64,000 bases of DNA from Dehalococcoidia bacterium (GTDB taxonomy: Bacteria; Chloroflexota; Dehalococcoidia; Lucifugimonadales; UBA1123): contig OZ244564.1 of assembly GCA_965217725.1 (NCBI GenBank), positions 2,691,371 to 2,755,370 on the forward strand. The letters are read 5' to 3'. The position numbers and the translations under genes are program-made. The notes under the pieces are model-generated. The model ran no database searches and was not told the DNA's origin. It saw nothing but the letters and a program-made list of their open reading frames with translations. Below are positions 7,915 to 17,598 of the stretch, in pieces. The stretch's first letter is position 1. Each line of letters begins with the position of its first letter.

Positions 7915-9051
7915 TTAGAGCCCGCTCAGAATGTTCTGCAACGGGTTCGTCACGGGGGTCGGAGTTGTCGAGGCGCTGATGCGCAGCTGCTCTATGAACC
8001 AGGCGTAGATATCCGAGTTGAAGGTCGCGTAAACGTCATGGTTTTGCCGCTCCCGGTTAACCCACATCTGTAGCGCCCGCGTCTTCAGGGTCTCGCGGTT
8101 GCGGCGGGTAACCTCACGGTTGCCGTCGCGTTCCGAGACCACGTAGAAGAAAATCGACTGGGGGTTGTCCATGTTCGGAGTGGGCTTGGAAAGCTCGCCG
8201 GGCTCCAGGTCCCAGAACTTGTCCTCATAGTCTTCGTAAATGCCGAGCGGAGTCCATCCGAGGTTTCCGGCGGACTGGTAGGTTTCAGGGTCGCTGGAAA
8301 ATTCGCGCGCTATAGCCCTCAGTATGCCGCGGATGCGCTCTGGGCTATTGTCGTCTCCGATCGAGTCGGTCAGCTTGGTCTGCATGATGTCGATCTCGTC
8401 GTTGGGACTCATTGCGATGCGGTGCAGATAGACCTGCTCGGCGAACGCCGGCACCTGATCGCCAACGAACTGCCGGTACTTCTCCCGGAGAATGGACTTG
8501 CGCACCAGGTCGCGATGCTCTGTCTCGCTGACTTGGGCCTGGTTCAGGAATTGGCGATATCGCTCGTGGTACTCGCGCTGGATCTGCGCATCCGACTTGC
8601 CGAGAGACTCGTTTGCGGACGGAGCGATCCTGGCTCGGACCGCGTTGTCTATCTCATCGCGCGAGACAGCTATCCCGTCCGACGGCGCGGCCTGAGCGAT
8701 CACCTCGTTCTCGACGATTAGCTGCAGCGCCTCGAATACGTCGTCGCTCGTGCGCAGGCCCTGCGTGTCGGACAACTCCATCGACCGTTGCCTGAGCCTC
8801 AGCAGCTTAACCATGTCGCCTCGTGTATAGACCACGTCATTGACGCGAACGATCAGCTGCTGTGGGGGGAGGACGAATATTATGACGTAGCCGGCTATGA
8901 CGATGCCCGTGATCACGAACAGCATCGCGCCGATGATGATGAGCGCCAGCCTGCGACGTCGGCGCTCTTCTGGAGAGCGTTCCGCCGCTATCCTCCGGCT
9001 GTCTCTTCTCACCGTCCGTCTGGACGGTGCCTCCTGAGCTTCGTCGACCAC
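7915..9051 (-). CDS. membrane-anchored SurA/PpiD-like peptidyl-prolyl isomerase/chaperone
   Basis: One N-terminal TM helix, a SurA_N-like region, and a degenerate parvulin-like segment (FSSDPETYQSAGNLGWTPLG...LEPGELSKP). Confidence 0.55.
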   Translation of the reverse strand: MVDEAQEAPSRRTVRRDSRRIAAERSPEERRRRRLALIIIGAMLFVITGIVIAGYVIIFVLPPQQLIVRVNDVVYTRGDMVKLLRLRQRSMELSDTQGLRTSDDVFEALQLIVENEVIAQAAPSDGIAVSRDEIDNAVRARIAPSANESLGKSDAQIQREYHERYRQFLNQAQVSETEHRDLVRKSILREKYRQFVGDQVPAFAEQVYLHRIAMSPNDEIDIMQTKLTDSIGDDNSPERIRGILRAIAREFSSDPETYQSAGNLGWTPLGIYEDYEDKFWDLEPGELSKPTPNMDNPQSIFFYVVSERDGNREVTRRNRETLKTRALQMWVNRERQNHDVYATFNSDIYAWFIEQLRISASTTPTPVTNPLQNILSGL

Positions 9052-9066
9052 TTTAGATACAGCGTC

Positions 9067-9540
9067 CTACCTCGACCACCGCATGGGAGGCCCATCGTGG
9101 TCGGGGCTGAATGGGATGAGGGCCAGGTGCCTGGCGCGCTTGATGGCAGTCGCCAGGGCGCGCTGGTGCTTGGAGCAGACTCCGGTCTTGCGCCGGGACT
9201 CGATCTTCCAGCGGTCGGTCATATACCTGCGGAACCGCTCGGTGTCTTTGTAGTCGATGAACTCAATGTGGTCTACGCAGAAGCCGCAGATCTTTCGACG
9301 GCTGTAGTAGCGCGGTCTGCCGCGCCTGCCGCCGAATCGGCCGCCACCACCGCCGCCACCCGGTCGTCCACCGGGTCTACCGCCGCCCGGTCGCCCGCCT
9401 GGTCCCGACCCGCCGGGCCTACCGCCCTGAGGTCCTGACCCACCGGGCCTGCCCCCTGTCGAAGGGCCGCCCGGTCTCGAACCGGGAGGACCGCCTGGCC
9501 TGGGTCCTGTTGATGGTGGTCTGCTGGTCTGTGTCGTCAT
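9067..9540 (-). CDS. rpsR: 30S ribosomal protein S18 with ~85-aa Gly/Pro/Arg-rich N-terminal extension
   Basis: Core YYSRRKICGFCVDHIEFIDYKDTERFRRYMTDRWKIESRRKTGVCSKHQRALATAIKRARHLALIPF. ATG at 9540 with an AAGGTGA SD. No in-frame start exists between it and the core. Confidence 0.9.
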   Translation of the reverse strand: MTTQTSRPPSTGPRPGGPPGSRPGGPSTGGRPGGSGPQGGRPGGSGPGGRPGGGRPGGRPGGGGGGGRFGGRRGRPRYYSRRKICGFCVDHIEFIDYKDTERFRRYMTDRWKIESRRKTGVCSKHQRALATAIKRARHLALIPFSPDHDGPPMRWSR

Positions 9541-9670
9541 ATGCACTCACCTTGTATCTACGTCGTATTGACTCTTGCTGGATTTTGCTGGGCCGACGGG
9601 CGAGGCGGTATTGCCTGGAGCGATTACCTGCTACCCGTCGGGGTGAGCCTATTGGAAATGTTCTAGCTGT

Positions 9671-10081
9671 TTACCAGGGCAGATCGTCGGCGTCGTCATC
9701 CGGGCCGGCAGGCGGCGTGCCGCCGTATCCGCCAGGATCGCCGGAGGTCTGGCCGCGGGGATCCAGGAACTGGATTTCTTGGGCGCGTATCTCATTGCTG
9801 AAGCGCATCTGGCCGTCCTGACCCTGCCAGGAGCGGCTCTGAAGACGGCCTTCCACATAGATCTTGCTGCCCCTGGTCAAATACTGGTTAGTGATTTCCG
9901 CAAGCCTTCCCCAAGCGTTAATTCGGAACCACTCGGTCTCCTCTCGCTGCTCCCCATCCCTTGTCTTGTATCGCCTGTTGGTGGCTACTGAGAAGCTGGT
10001 CACGGGATCGCCGCTGGGCATGTAGCGCATCTCTGGGTCCGATCCCAGATTTCCGATAATCAGGACCTTGTTCATGGTCAT
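9671..10081 (-). CDS. ssb: single-stranded DNA-binding protein
   Basis: NKVLIIGNLGSDPEMRY, TEWFRINAWGRLAE, Gly/Pro tail and acidic tip DDDADDLPW. Lies between rpsF and rpsR. Confidence 0.95.
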   Translation of the reverse strand: MTMNKVLIIGNLGSDPEMRYMPSGDPVTSFSVATNRRYKTRDGEQREETEWFRINAWGRLAEITNQYLTRGSKIYVEGRLQSRSWQGQDGQMRFSNEIRAQEIQFLDPRGQTSGDPGGYGGTPPAGPDDDADDLPW

Positions 10082-10111
10082 AGCCTGACTCCTGGCATCG
10101 TATGACTGTCG

Positions 10112-10753
10112 CTATTCGCCGGTCTTGGGTTCGTCCACACTCGCGGACACATCTTCGGAGGCTTCCGATGGTGTCTCGGCCTGTGCCGGAGCGGCTTCTG
10201 CGCTCGCCTCAGCCTGCACCGGAGCGGTCTGTTGCTGGTCAGACTCGGCCTCTGCGCTCGCCTCAGCCTGAACCGGAGCGGCCTCGGCCTGCACAGGGGC
10301 GGTCTCGGCAGCGGCAGCCTCGGACGCTGCGGCCCGCGCGGCAGCCTCAGCCGATCTGCGTGCCTCATCGCGCGCTCTAGCCTCGCGCTCGGCGGTGGCT
10401 CGGCGCTCGGTTTCCTGTCGTGCAGCGTTCTCGCGCTCTGCCTGCTTCTCCATTGCGGCAAGGTCGGACTTATCGAGCCTGAACACCAGGTGCCTGAGCA
10501 CGTCCTGTGACGAGTTCAGCGTGCTGTCCAGATCAACGGCGACCTGCGCGTCCATCTTGCATCTGGCGATGAAGTAGTTACCCTCGATGAACCGCTGGAT
10601 CGGATAGGCAAGCCTCCTGATACCCCAGTTGTCCTGTTGGGAGACACTTCCTCCCCCGTCGGAGATTAGGACTGTTATTCGACTGACAGTCTCAGCGGCT
10701 TCGGCTTCAGTAGCCTCGGGGCTGAGGATCATCACCAATTCGTAATCGCGCAT
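10112..10753 (-). CDS. rpsF: 30S ribosomal protein S6 with ~115-aa Ala/Glu-rich C-terminal extension
   Basis: MRDYELVMILSP...WGIRRLAYPI core. ATG at 10753; the ORF-track start at 10837 is upstream of the conserved N-terminus. Confidence 0.9.
   Translation of the reverse strand: MRDYELVMILSPEATEAEAAETVSRITVLISDGGGSVSQQDNWGIRRLAYPIQRFIEGNYFIARCKMDAQVAVDLDSTLNSSQDVLRHLVFRLDKSDLAAMEKQAERENAARQETERRATAEREARARDEARRSAEAAARAAASEAAAAETAPVQAEAAPVQAEASAEAESDQQQTAPVQAEASAEAAPAQAETPSEASEDVSASVDEPKTGE
10197..10281. repeat. 31-nt direct repeat inside the rpsF tail-coding region
   Basis: 10197..10227 versus 10251..10281 differ at one base. They encode the repeated peptide APVQAEASAEA. Confidence 0.85.
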
Positions 10754-10896
10754 CCGTACCGAAGTCAAACCAAATACTCCTGAAACCTGGGAGGGGATAT
10801 CCAGCGAATTATAGCACGCGGCTTTAACGGGCAACAACGAACCGCGAACGAGGAGAACATGGTTATGAGCAGGTCGCCTGCCGGTCCGCTGGCGGT

Positions 10897-11295
10897 CTAC
10901 AGCTTACGTACGCCTTCCAGGGAAGCCATCCTGCGATCGAGTGTCAGCGTATCCATGCCAGACCGAGCGTAATCGTCGGCTATGAGTCTGTCGAATAGGC
11001 CGGGACCGCCGGGCGCCTCAAGAGCCTTGATGACAGACAGACCGTTGAGAGGCGCCACCAGACCGCTGCGCAGCGCATCGAGCAGAGAGGCTCGAGCGTC
11101 GGCACTCGACACGCCGTAGCGGTGCTGAACGGCGACGTACGCTTCCCCCACAACCTGGTTTGAAGCGAAAATCTCGTCGCCCTGCTCCTCAACCAGGAGC
11201 CTAAGTTCCTCGACACAGCGCGCGAACTCGTCTTCAGGATCCCGGGTGATCAGTCTTACAAGGACCGATGTATCAATCCCGAAGCGCTGGGTCAT
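10897..11295 (-). CDS. PIN-domain toxin (VapC family)
   Basis: FGIDTSVLV N-terminal acidic motif and PIN layout. ATG at 11295 overlaps the antitoxin gene's end. Confidence 0.8.
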   Translation of the reverse strand: MTQRFGIDTSVLVRLITRDPEDEFARCVEELRLLVEEQGDEIFASNQVVGEAYVAVQHRYGVSSADARASLLDALRSGLVAPLNGLSVIKALEAPGGPGLFDRLIADDYARSGMDTLTLDRRMASLEGVRKL

Positions 11296-11515
11296 ACGGC
11301 TCCCTTCGGAAGTCCTGGTTGTCGAACGTGGGATGTTCAAGTGGTATCTTGTCTCTCAGCGTTCCCAGCCGCGAGTAATTGATGCGACGGGGCCGTAGAA
11401 TGAAACCGTCCGGTCCCTCGCTCAGTTCGAGTTGGTCGCCGGGGCCGACGCCCAGTGCGTCCAGCACTCTCGCGGGGAACGTGACCTGACGTTTGGACGT
11501 GATTTTGACAATCAT
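11273..11515 (-). CDS. AbrB/MazE/SpoVT-family antitoxin (VapB-like)
   Basis: MIVKITSKRQVTFPARVLDALGVGPGDQLEL swapped-hairpin motif, immediately upstream of the PIN gene. Confidence 0.8.
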   Translation of the reverse strand: MIVKITSKRQVTFPARVLDALGVGPGDQLELSEGPDGFILRPRRINYSRLGTLRDKIPLEHPTFDNQDFRREPYDPALRD

Positions 11516-11603
11516 TGAGTGGCTCCTTACCGCTATGCTATCTCTGGTAAGGTATTGGAATCAACCTGGAACACTGTTACAGATAGATAGAGAGGAGACG
11601 TTC

Positions 11604-12770
11604 ATGGCAGATACAGCGGATGCGGTAATAGTCGGCGGAGGCGTGATGGGATGCAGCATCCTCTTCAACCTCGCCCTACACGGTGTGACCAACACTGTTC
11701 TGCTTGAACGCGACGTGCTTGCGTCTGGCTCGACCAGCAGATCGCAGGCAATTCTGCGGATGCACTACTCCAACGAGGTCACGACACGCCTTGCCTGGGA
11801 CAGCCTCGCCATTTTCCGCGACTTCGATGAGCTGGTCGGCATTCCGTCCGGCTACACCAAGACCGGCTACTTCGTCATCGTCGGGCCCGAGGATAGGGAG
11901 GCGATGGAAGGCAATGTCGCGATGCAGCGGTCCGTGGGCGTGGAGACGTCGCTGGTGACCGCTGAGGACGTTCGCGAGATAGCCCCGATGGTCGAGACAG
12001 CCGAAGGGGAGTCGTTCGCCTACGAGCCCGACTCAGGCTACGCCGACCCGTACTCTGTGACCACCGGGTACGCCAACGCAGCCCGCGACAGGGGCGCCCG
12101 AGTGCTGGCCGGCTCGCCCGCGACCAGGGTCGAGGTAACCGGCGACCGTGTGACCGCCGTCCTCACCGCTGAGGGACGGATCGAGACACCGATCGCGGTC
12201 GTGGCAGCAGGGCCGTGGTCTGGCCCATTCCTTGAGTCCATCGGCGTGGAAGTCGATCTCCGTCCGATCAGACACCAGGTCATCATGCTCAGAAGGCCGC
12301 AGGACATAGTGCCGGACCACCCAATCATCGGCGACGTCGTGAACGACATGTCGCCTCGGCCGGACGCCGGCAACCTGACCCTCATCGGCGTCGGAGAGGA
12401 CGAGTACGCCGAACCCGATACCTTCAACCAGGGCGTGGACATGTCCATGGTGGAGCAGACCTTCGAGAAGCTCACCAAGCGAATGCCCGGCATGGCGCAG
12501 GCGCTCTTCCGAGGGGGCTGGAGCGGCCTGTTCACAACTACGCCTGACTGGCACCCTGTGCTGGACTGCGTGGACGGCATCGAAGGACTCTATCTGTCCG
12601 TCGGCTTCAGCGGGCACGGATTCAAGCTCTCGCCGATGATCGGCGTGGTCATGTCCGAGCTAATCGTGGAAGGCCAAGCCTCAAGCATAGATATATCCGA
12701 GCTTGGGCTTGACCGCTTTGAGCAGGGCCGTCACATGCGCTCACGCTACTCGATGCAGGTGCTGGCGTAA
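11604..12770 (+). CDS. FAD-dependent oxidoreductase (DAO / sarcosine oxidase beta-like)
   Basis: AVIVGGGVMGCS dinucleotide motif. ATG at 11604 with an AGAGGAGA SD. The ORF-track start at 11493 overlaps the divergent antitoxin gene. Confidence 0.85.
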   Translation: MADTADAVIVGGGVMGCSILFNLALHGVTNTVLLERDVLASGSTSRSQAILRMHYSNEVTTRLAWDSLAIFRDFDELVGIPSGYTKTGYFVIVGPEDREAMEGNVAMQRSVGVETSLVTAEDVREIAPMVETAEGESFAYEPDSGYADPYSVTTGYANAARDRGARVLAGSPATRVEVTGDRVTAVLTAEGRIETPIAVVAAGPWSGPFLESIGVEVDLRPIRHQVIMLRRPQDIVPDHPIIGDVVNDMSPRPDAGNLTLIGVGEDEYAEPDTFNQGVDMSMVEQTFEKLTKRMPGMAQALFRGGWSGLFTTTPDWHPVLDCVDGIEGLYLSVGFSGHGFKLSPMIGVVMSELIVEGQASSIDISELGLDRFEQGRHMRSRYSMQVLA

Positions 12771-12777
12771 TCGTCCG

Positions 12778-13245
12778 CTAGTCGTCGACCTCGATAATGA
12801 CCTCGATCTCGACCGGGATGTCGTTTGGAAGCCCTGCCATGCCTACCGCCGACCTGGCATGGCGACCCTTGTCTCCGAACACTTCGACCAGGAGATCTGA
12901 GCACCCGTTGATTACCGCCGGCTGCTGGTTGAACGAGGGGTCGCTGTTCACCATCCCCAGGAGCTTGACCACCCGACGTACCTTGTCGAGGTCTCCGACC
13001 TCGCCCTTCATGCGCGAAATGATGTTGAGTCCTGTCAGCCGCGCGGCCTCGTAGCCCTCCTCAGTGGTGAGGTCGCGTCCGACCTTGCCGGACGGCGCAG
13101 TACCGTCTGCACGGTTCGCCGGTCCCAACCCGGACAGATAGACCAGGTTGCCTGTCCTCACCCCCGGCACGTAGTTGGCGATAGGCGGGGGTGTGTCCGG
13201 CAGCTCGATTCCCAACTCCTCCAGCCTTGCTTCGATCTCGGCCAT
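12778..13245 (-). CDS. RidA/YjgF family protein
   Basis: GNLVYLSGLGP, PSGKVGRDLTTEEGYEAAR and the terminal IPVEIEVIIEV pattern. Confidence 0.85.
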   Translation of the reverse strand: MAEIEARLEELGIELPDTPPPIANYVPGVRTGNLVYLSGLGPANRADGTAPSGKVGRDLTTEEGYEAARLTGLNIISRMKGEVGDLDKVRRVVKLLGMVNSDPSFNQQPAVINGCSDLLVEVFGDKGRHARSAVGMAGLPNDIPVEIEVIIEVDD

Positions 13246-13438
13246 GTTCTTCTCCTAATCTGGACTCATTGTGGACGAGTCGGGTGACGCGACACCCGAC
13301 TGGCACGCTGGATTGTACATCACGGTCAGCCACAGGGGTGTGACTCCGGTTCATGCCTGTTCTGTCAGACACCACGTCTCACCGATCCTGTTATCATGTC
13401 GCCACACGTTACGAACGCCACACTGGAGGGATGCAACG

Positions 13439-13834
13439 ATGTCAGGCATGATTGGTACGATCAGGCTTCGGAGAGTCAACCACCTAACATATTGTGTCAA
13501 GGACAAGGCGCGCGCCACCAAGTTCTGGGTAGACGTTCTGGGGGTCAAGGAGATACCCAGTATGGTGGACTCCGATCACATAGTGTGGCTCCAACTTCCG
13601 AGCGGCACGATGGTGCACCTGATCGAAGGCGAGGTCGCTCCGTCGGTGCCTTCCCACCACGGCGCGTTCGAGGTGGAGGACATCGAGGAAGCTCAGAAGC
13701 ACATGCACGCCAACAGCGTCGAGACGACCGACATCACCACCCGTCACGACGGTCAGCGAGTGTTCTTCATCGAGGACACCGAGGGCAACCGCATCGAGAT
13801 ATGCACAAAGTCCGGTTTCGGCGTACTGGTGTAA
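13439..13834 (+). CDS. VOC (glyoxalase/bleomycin-resistance/dioxygenase) family protein
   Basis: VNHLTYCVKD...HHGAFEVEDIE...FFIEDTEGNRIEI metal-ligand pattern. ATG at 13439 with a GGAGGG SD. Confidence 0.8.
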   Translation: MSGMIGTIRLRRVNHLTYCVKDKARATKFWVDVLGVKEIPSMVDSDHIVWLQLPSGTMVHLIEGEVAPSVPSHHGAFEVEDIEEAQKHMHANSVETTDITTRHDGQRVFFIEDTEGNRIEICTKSGFGVLV

Positions 13835-13874
13835 GTGCCTGAAGTAGCACATTTAGCACCGTGAGGTGTGAGAC

Positions 13875-14849
13875 ATGACATCAGACCAGACACCCAAACA
13901 GGAAGAGCGCTGGCCCGACATTCGCGCCAGATCGCGAACGTTCTACGACGCTCCTCTGCTTGATGACCTCGATGCGCTCGATGCACAGGTCGCTTTCGTC
14001 GGGATGCCCTTCGACCAGGGCACGTTTGGACGACCCGGCGCGCGATTCGGCCCGGACGCCGTGCGCGACGCACGCGGCTACTCATACGTCGGCTATGGCG
14101 GGATGCAGTTCGACCAGCAGGCCGCTGGATACTTCGACTCTGATCGTGGCACAGAGCTGCTCAAGGGCGTCACGATGGCCGACTGCGGCAACATCACCGT
14201 CGTCCCGTCGGACGTGCTCGACAACTTCCAGAAACTGACCAACGTCGTCGAGAAGATCGTGTCAAGAGATTCGATGCCCGTCGTCGTGGGCGGCGATCAC
14301 GCCATCACCTTTCCGGTCGTGCGAGGTCTGTCGGCATTCGAACCCCTCGATATCGTCCACTTCGACGCCCACATGGACTACTCTCACGAAACACAGGGCG
14401 TTCTCTACACCCACGGCAGCCCCATTCGGCGCTGCCGCGAGATGCCGTTCGTCCGCAACATCAGCTCCATAGGCATCCGCAAGGAGAGCCGCAAGGTCTA
14501 TGACGAGGCGATCGCGGACGGCAATCTCGTCGTCACCACGCGCAGGTTCAAGGAGCTGGGACCCTCGGCAGCGATGGATCTCGTGCCAGAGTCCGAGAAC
14601 CTGTATGTCACGATCGATATCGACGTGCTCGACCCGAGCCACGCGCCCGGCACCGGCACACCCGAAGTCTGGGGTCTCTACTACGAGGAGCTTCGCGACG
14701 CACTCGTCCACCTTGCCCGCAACCACAAAGTGGTGGCCTTCGACATGGTCGAAGTCGCGCCCCCGTACGACCACGCAGACCTGACCTCGATGGTGGCCGC
14801 CAGGCTGATGGTGGACTTCCTATCGGAGATCTTCCCACCGCCAGCTTAA
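13875..14849 (+). CDS. agmatinase/arginase (ureohydrolase) family protein
   Basis: GGDHAITFPVVRG, HFDAHMD, DIDVLDP and the EVAPPYD Mn-binding motifs. Confidence 0.9.
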   Translation: MTSDQTPKQEERWPDIRARSRTFYDAPLLDDLDALDAQVAFVGMPFDQGTFGRPGARFGPDAVRDARGYSYVGYGGMQFDQQAAGYFDSDRGTELLKGVTMADCGNITVVPSDVLDNFQKLTNVVEKIVSRDSMPVVVGGDHAITFPVVRGLSAFEPLDIVHFDAHMDYSHETQGVLYTHGSPIRRCREMPFVRNISSIGIRKESRKVYDEAIADGNLVVTTRRFKELGPSAAMDLVPESENLYVTIDIDVLDPSHAPGTGTPEVWGLYYEELRDALVHLARNHKVVAFDMVEVAPPYDHADLTSMVAARLMVDFLSEIFPPPA

Positions 14850-14928
14850 AGCTGGACATAGGCAGGTTAAACCTGCAAATACAAATTTCCCGCCACCGAA
14901 CGTCGGGTCCTGAAGTTAGCCAATCAAT

Positions 14929-14960
14929 CAAAGAGGCGGACATTGCTGTCCGCCTCTTTG
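14929..14960 (+). terminator. rho-independent terminator-like hairpin after the agmatinase-family gene (copy A of a repeated element)
   Basis: 14-bp stem CAAAGAGGCGGACA/TGTCCGCCTCTTTG, 4-nt loop, followed by ATTTC. Confidence 0.6.
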
Positions 14961-15252
14961 ATTTCAGCCCGTTCCCAGCGCGCTTGGATTGGTCCCTTCT
15001 GTAGCTGTTTCTGTCCAAATGTTACACATCTGAACCACAAGTCTCGTCGGATGTGTCACTTATGACGTTTGGTGTGTACGCGTGCCGGGGCCACACTATC
15101 GCTGAGGTTAGTCCAAGGGACGAAACACACAGCGATAGGAGAGCCGATGTGGAATTGAACTTGTATTAGATTAGTACAATGCGTGAACACAACACCATAG
15201 AATCGGAAAACCAAATGCACATAGCCTTCAATCAAACACTGGGAGTCAAGAA

Positions 15253-16998
15253 ATGCTCGCGAAAGCCCTAAAACTACTACCACTGCTTGTGCTTGTCTGC
15301 ATCGTTATAGCAGCCTGCGCGAGCGAAGAATCCGATGCGCCCCAATCTGCTGCGGCAGCCCCTGCGCCCGCACCTACCATGGAGGCCTTGGAGACGGAGC
15401 GGGTAGTTGCCGCCCAACCCGCTGCAGCTCCGGCTCCAGCAGCGCCCGCCCGCGCCCCTGTGGCACCTGTTTCACCGGCGCCCGCCCGTGCCCCAGCGGC
15501 GCCTGCTGCTCCCGCTCCAGCCCCCGCAGTCCAGGCCGCTCCGCCCCAGCCACAGGCGGCTAAGATACGTCAGCCGGGCGCGACCACTTTCCAGGACAAC
15601 CAGCGCACCACCTTAGTACGGACGACCCAGGACAACGTATCCACGTTCAGCCTCGATACCGACCGCACGTCGTTCCAGCTTGCGCTCAACTGGGCGAGGT
15701 CAGGGTACGAGGTGGAGCCCGACTCAGTCCGTTCAGAAGAGTGGGTAAACGCCTTCAACTACAGCTACAAGCAACCGCTGAGAGACGACAGCTTTGCTGT
15801 ACACACTGACATCATGCCGCACCCGCTCGACAGCGAGATGCTCCTAACGCGCATCGGGTTCCAGGCCCCACACCTGCGTGACGACGGCAGGCCCCTCAAC
15901 GTAACGCTGGTGCTGGACTCGTCGGGCTCGATGAGAGAAGGCAGCCGAGTTGATATTGCCCACGCGGCTGCAGACAGCATCCGCAGAAGCCTTCGAGACG
16001 GCGACCGCATCTCAGTGGTGCACTTCAGCAATGGTGTCCTCACGAATCTCACCGTGGAGAATCAGAGCCCGGACTCAAGGGACGTCAGACGGTCCATTGA
16101 CCAGCTCGCCCCTAACGGGGGCACGAATGTCCAGGCAGGACTGGATCTGGGCGTCTCGATCGCAAACTCGATGCGTCGGCACAGTCCTGGTGCATACAAC
16201 TACGTAATCCTGATGTCAGACGGCGTCGCCAACGTGGACGCAACCAATCCGTTCGCCATACTCGAATCGGCAGGCGACTATGATAGCAGCAACCCCCTGC
16301 GCCTCATCACCATCGGTGTGGGCATTGAGAACTACAACGACGAGCTGCTGGAGAAACTCGCACAGCACGGCAACGGCTGGTACCGATACCTGACCGACGT
16401 CGGACAGGCGAGAGGGCTGTTCGCCCGCGACAACTGGCTTGCTCTCTCCATCCCGTTCGCCGACCAGACACGCGCGCAGGTCACCTGGAATCCAGACGTG
16501 GTGCAGTCCTGGCGCATCGTCGGATACGAAAACCGGATCACCGCAGACAGGAACTTCACGCAGGCACGCAAGGAATTCGCGGAGATCCCATCGGGCGCGG
16601 CCACTACTGTGTTCTACGAACTCCGCCCAACCGAGTACATGAGACTCGGTGACACGGTCAACCTGGGCGACGTCGAGCTGCGCTGGGTCACCCCCGTCAG
16701 CAACGACTCCAATCGCCAGCATGCACAGGTGATGGGAAGGTACGACTGGCCGGCGGAGGACACGTACGGCGCGCTGCTTCACTTCGGAACCGTGGTCGCC
16801 CTTGCTGCCGACAGGTACAGCAGCTTGCCATACCCGGACGCACCATACGATGTGCAGTACGACCTGTCGGTCCTGCAGGACGAGCTTCGGCAGGTGGAAG
16901 ACCACCTCGGCGGTCTCGCTTCCTACCAGGACTTCGCCTACGTGCTGGACCGGATCACCGTTGACGTGCCCCAGGTCTCTTCAGGGTACAGCCCCTAA
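15253..16998 (+). CDS. VWA-domain lipoprotein (YfbK-like)
   Basis: Lipobox VIAAC, Pro/Ala-rich linker, TFSLDTDRTSF...EEWVNAFNY N-domain, and MIDAS LDSSGSM. Confidence 0.85.
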   Translation: MLAKALKLLPLLVLVCIVIAACASEESDAPQSAAAAPAPAPTMEALETERVVAAQPAAAPAPAAPARAPVAPVSPAPARAPAAPAAPAPAPAVQAAPPQPQAAKIRQPGATTFQDNQRTTLVRTTQDNVSTFSLDTDRTSFQLALNWARSGYEVEPDSVRSEEWVNAFNYSYKQPLRDDSFAVHTDIMPHPLDSEMLLTRIGFQAPHLRDDGRPLNVTLVLDSSGSMREGSRVDIAHAAADSIRRSLRDGDRISVVHFSNGVLTNLTVENQSPDSRDVRRSIDQLAPNGGTNVQAGLDLGVSIANSMRRHSPGAYNYVILMSDGVANVDATNPFAILESAGDYDSSNPLRLITIGVGIENYNDELLEKLAQHGNGWYRYLTDVGQARGLFARDNWLALSIPFADQTRAQVTWNPDVVQSWRIVGYENRITADRNFTQARKEFAEIPSGAATTVFYELRPTEYMRLGDTVNLGDVELRWVTPVSNDSNRQHAQVMGRYDWPAEDTYGALLHFGTVVALAADRYSSLPYPDAPYDVQYDLSVLQDELRQVEDHLGGLASYQDFAYVLDRITVDVPQVSSGYSP

Positions 16999-17118
16999 AG
17001 TAGGGCCGCCGTAGAGAAGTTCGCAGTTTCCAGTCTCACCAGCGGCGCTGGGCCGGGGCTGGTGACTGCTGTTCTTTCAATCCTGGTCTCGCGTGTACGG
17101 CGATGAGTCCATTTACGG

Positions 17119-17598
17119 TCAGCAGCGACCGTCGATGTTGTCGAACTCGACCTTGTCCCCGACCCTGATGCCGAACCGGTCAACTTCACCGGCGTTGACT
17201 TCGAGCGTGTACGAGGCGCGGGGATATGAATAGTATCGCTGAATCAGGTCGTCAGGCGTACCGCGCTCGGGGAGCCTGGCATACACATGGATGTCTGCGA
17301 CCTGGCAGTCGCGTCCGATCCAGATGAAGTCCAGTGGGAACAGCATTCCCTTCATCCAGAAGTCTCCCACGTATGGCTCGTCTGGAATAAACAGCATCCC
17401 CCCGCGCTCTTCCAGGTACGTTCGACCAGTCAGTCCCCGCTGTCGGAGTGCAGGCGTATCTGCGACCTCCACCTCGAACTCGACATCGTCGATCTCGACC
17501 GTTGGAGTGTCGTCATCATCGAACAGGGAAATGTTGATGTTTATGCAAGCGGCCAGAGCGAGTATCGCCGTCGCCAGAAAACAGGAAGCAAGGGACAT
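17119..17598 (-). CDS. DUF192 domain lipoprotein
   Basis: GLTGRT...GGMLF...FWMKGMLFPLDFIWI motif. ATG at 17598 gives a signal peptide with lipobox LALAAC. The ORF-track start at 17712 adds non-homologous residues. Confidence 0.75.
   Translation of the reverse strand: MSLASCFLATAILALAACININISLFDDDDTPTVEIDDVEFEVEVADTPALRQRGLTGRTYLEERGGMLFIPDEPYVGDFWMKGMLFPLDFIWIGRDCQVADIHVYARLPERGTPDDLIQRYYSYPRASYTLEVNAGEVDRFGIRVGDKVEFDNIDGRC

Noticed and set aside
9290-9500. Short periodic GGN/CCN repeats (and similar ones at 10130..10330) as a possible CRISPR or tandem-repeat locus
   Set aside because: They are in frame within rpsR and rpsF and encode low-complexity tails. The units are irregular with no spacer/repeat alternation. 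No CRISPR array is present anywhere in the window.
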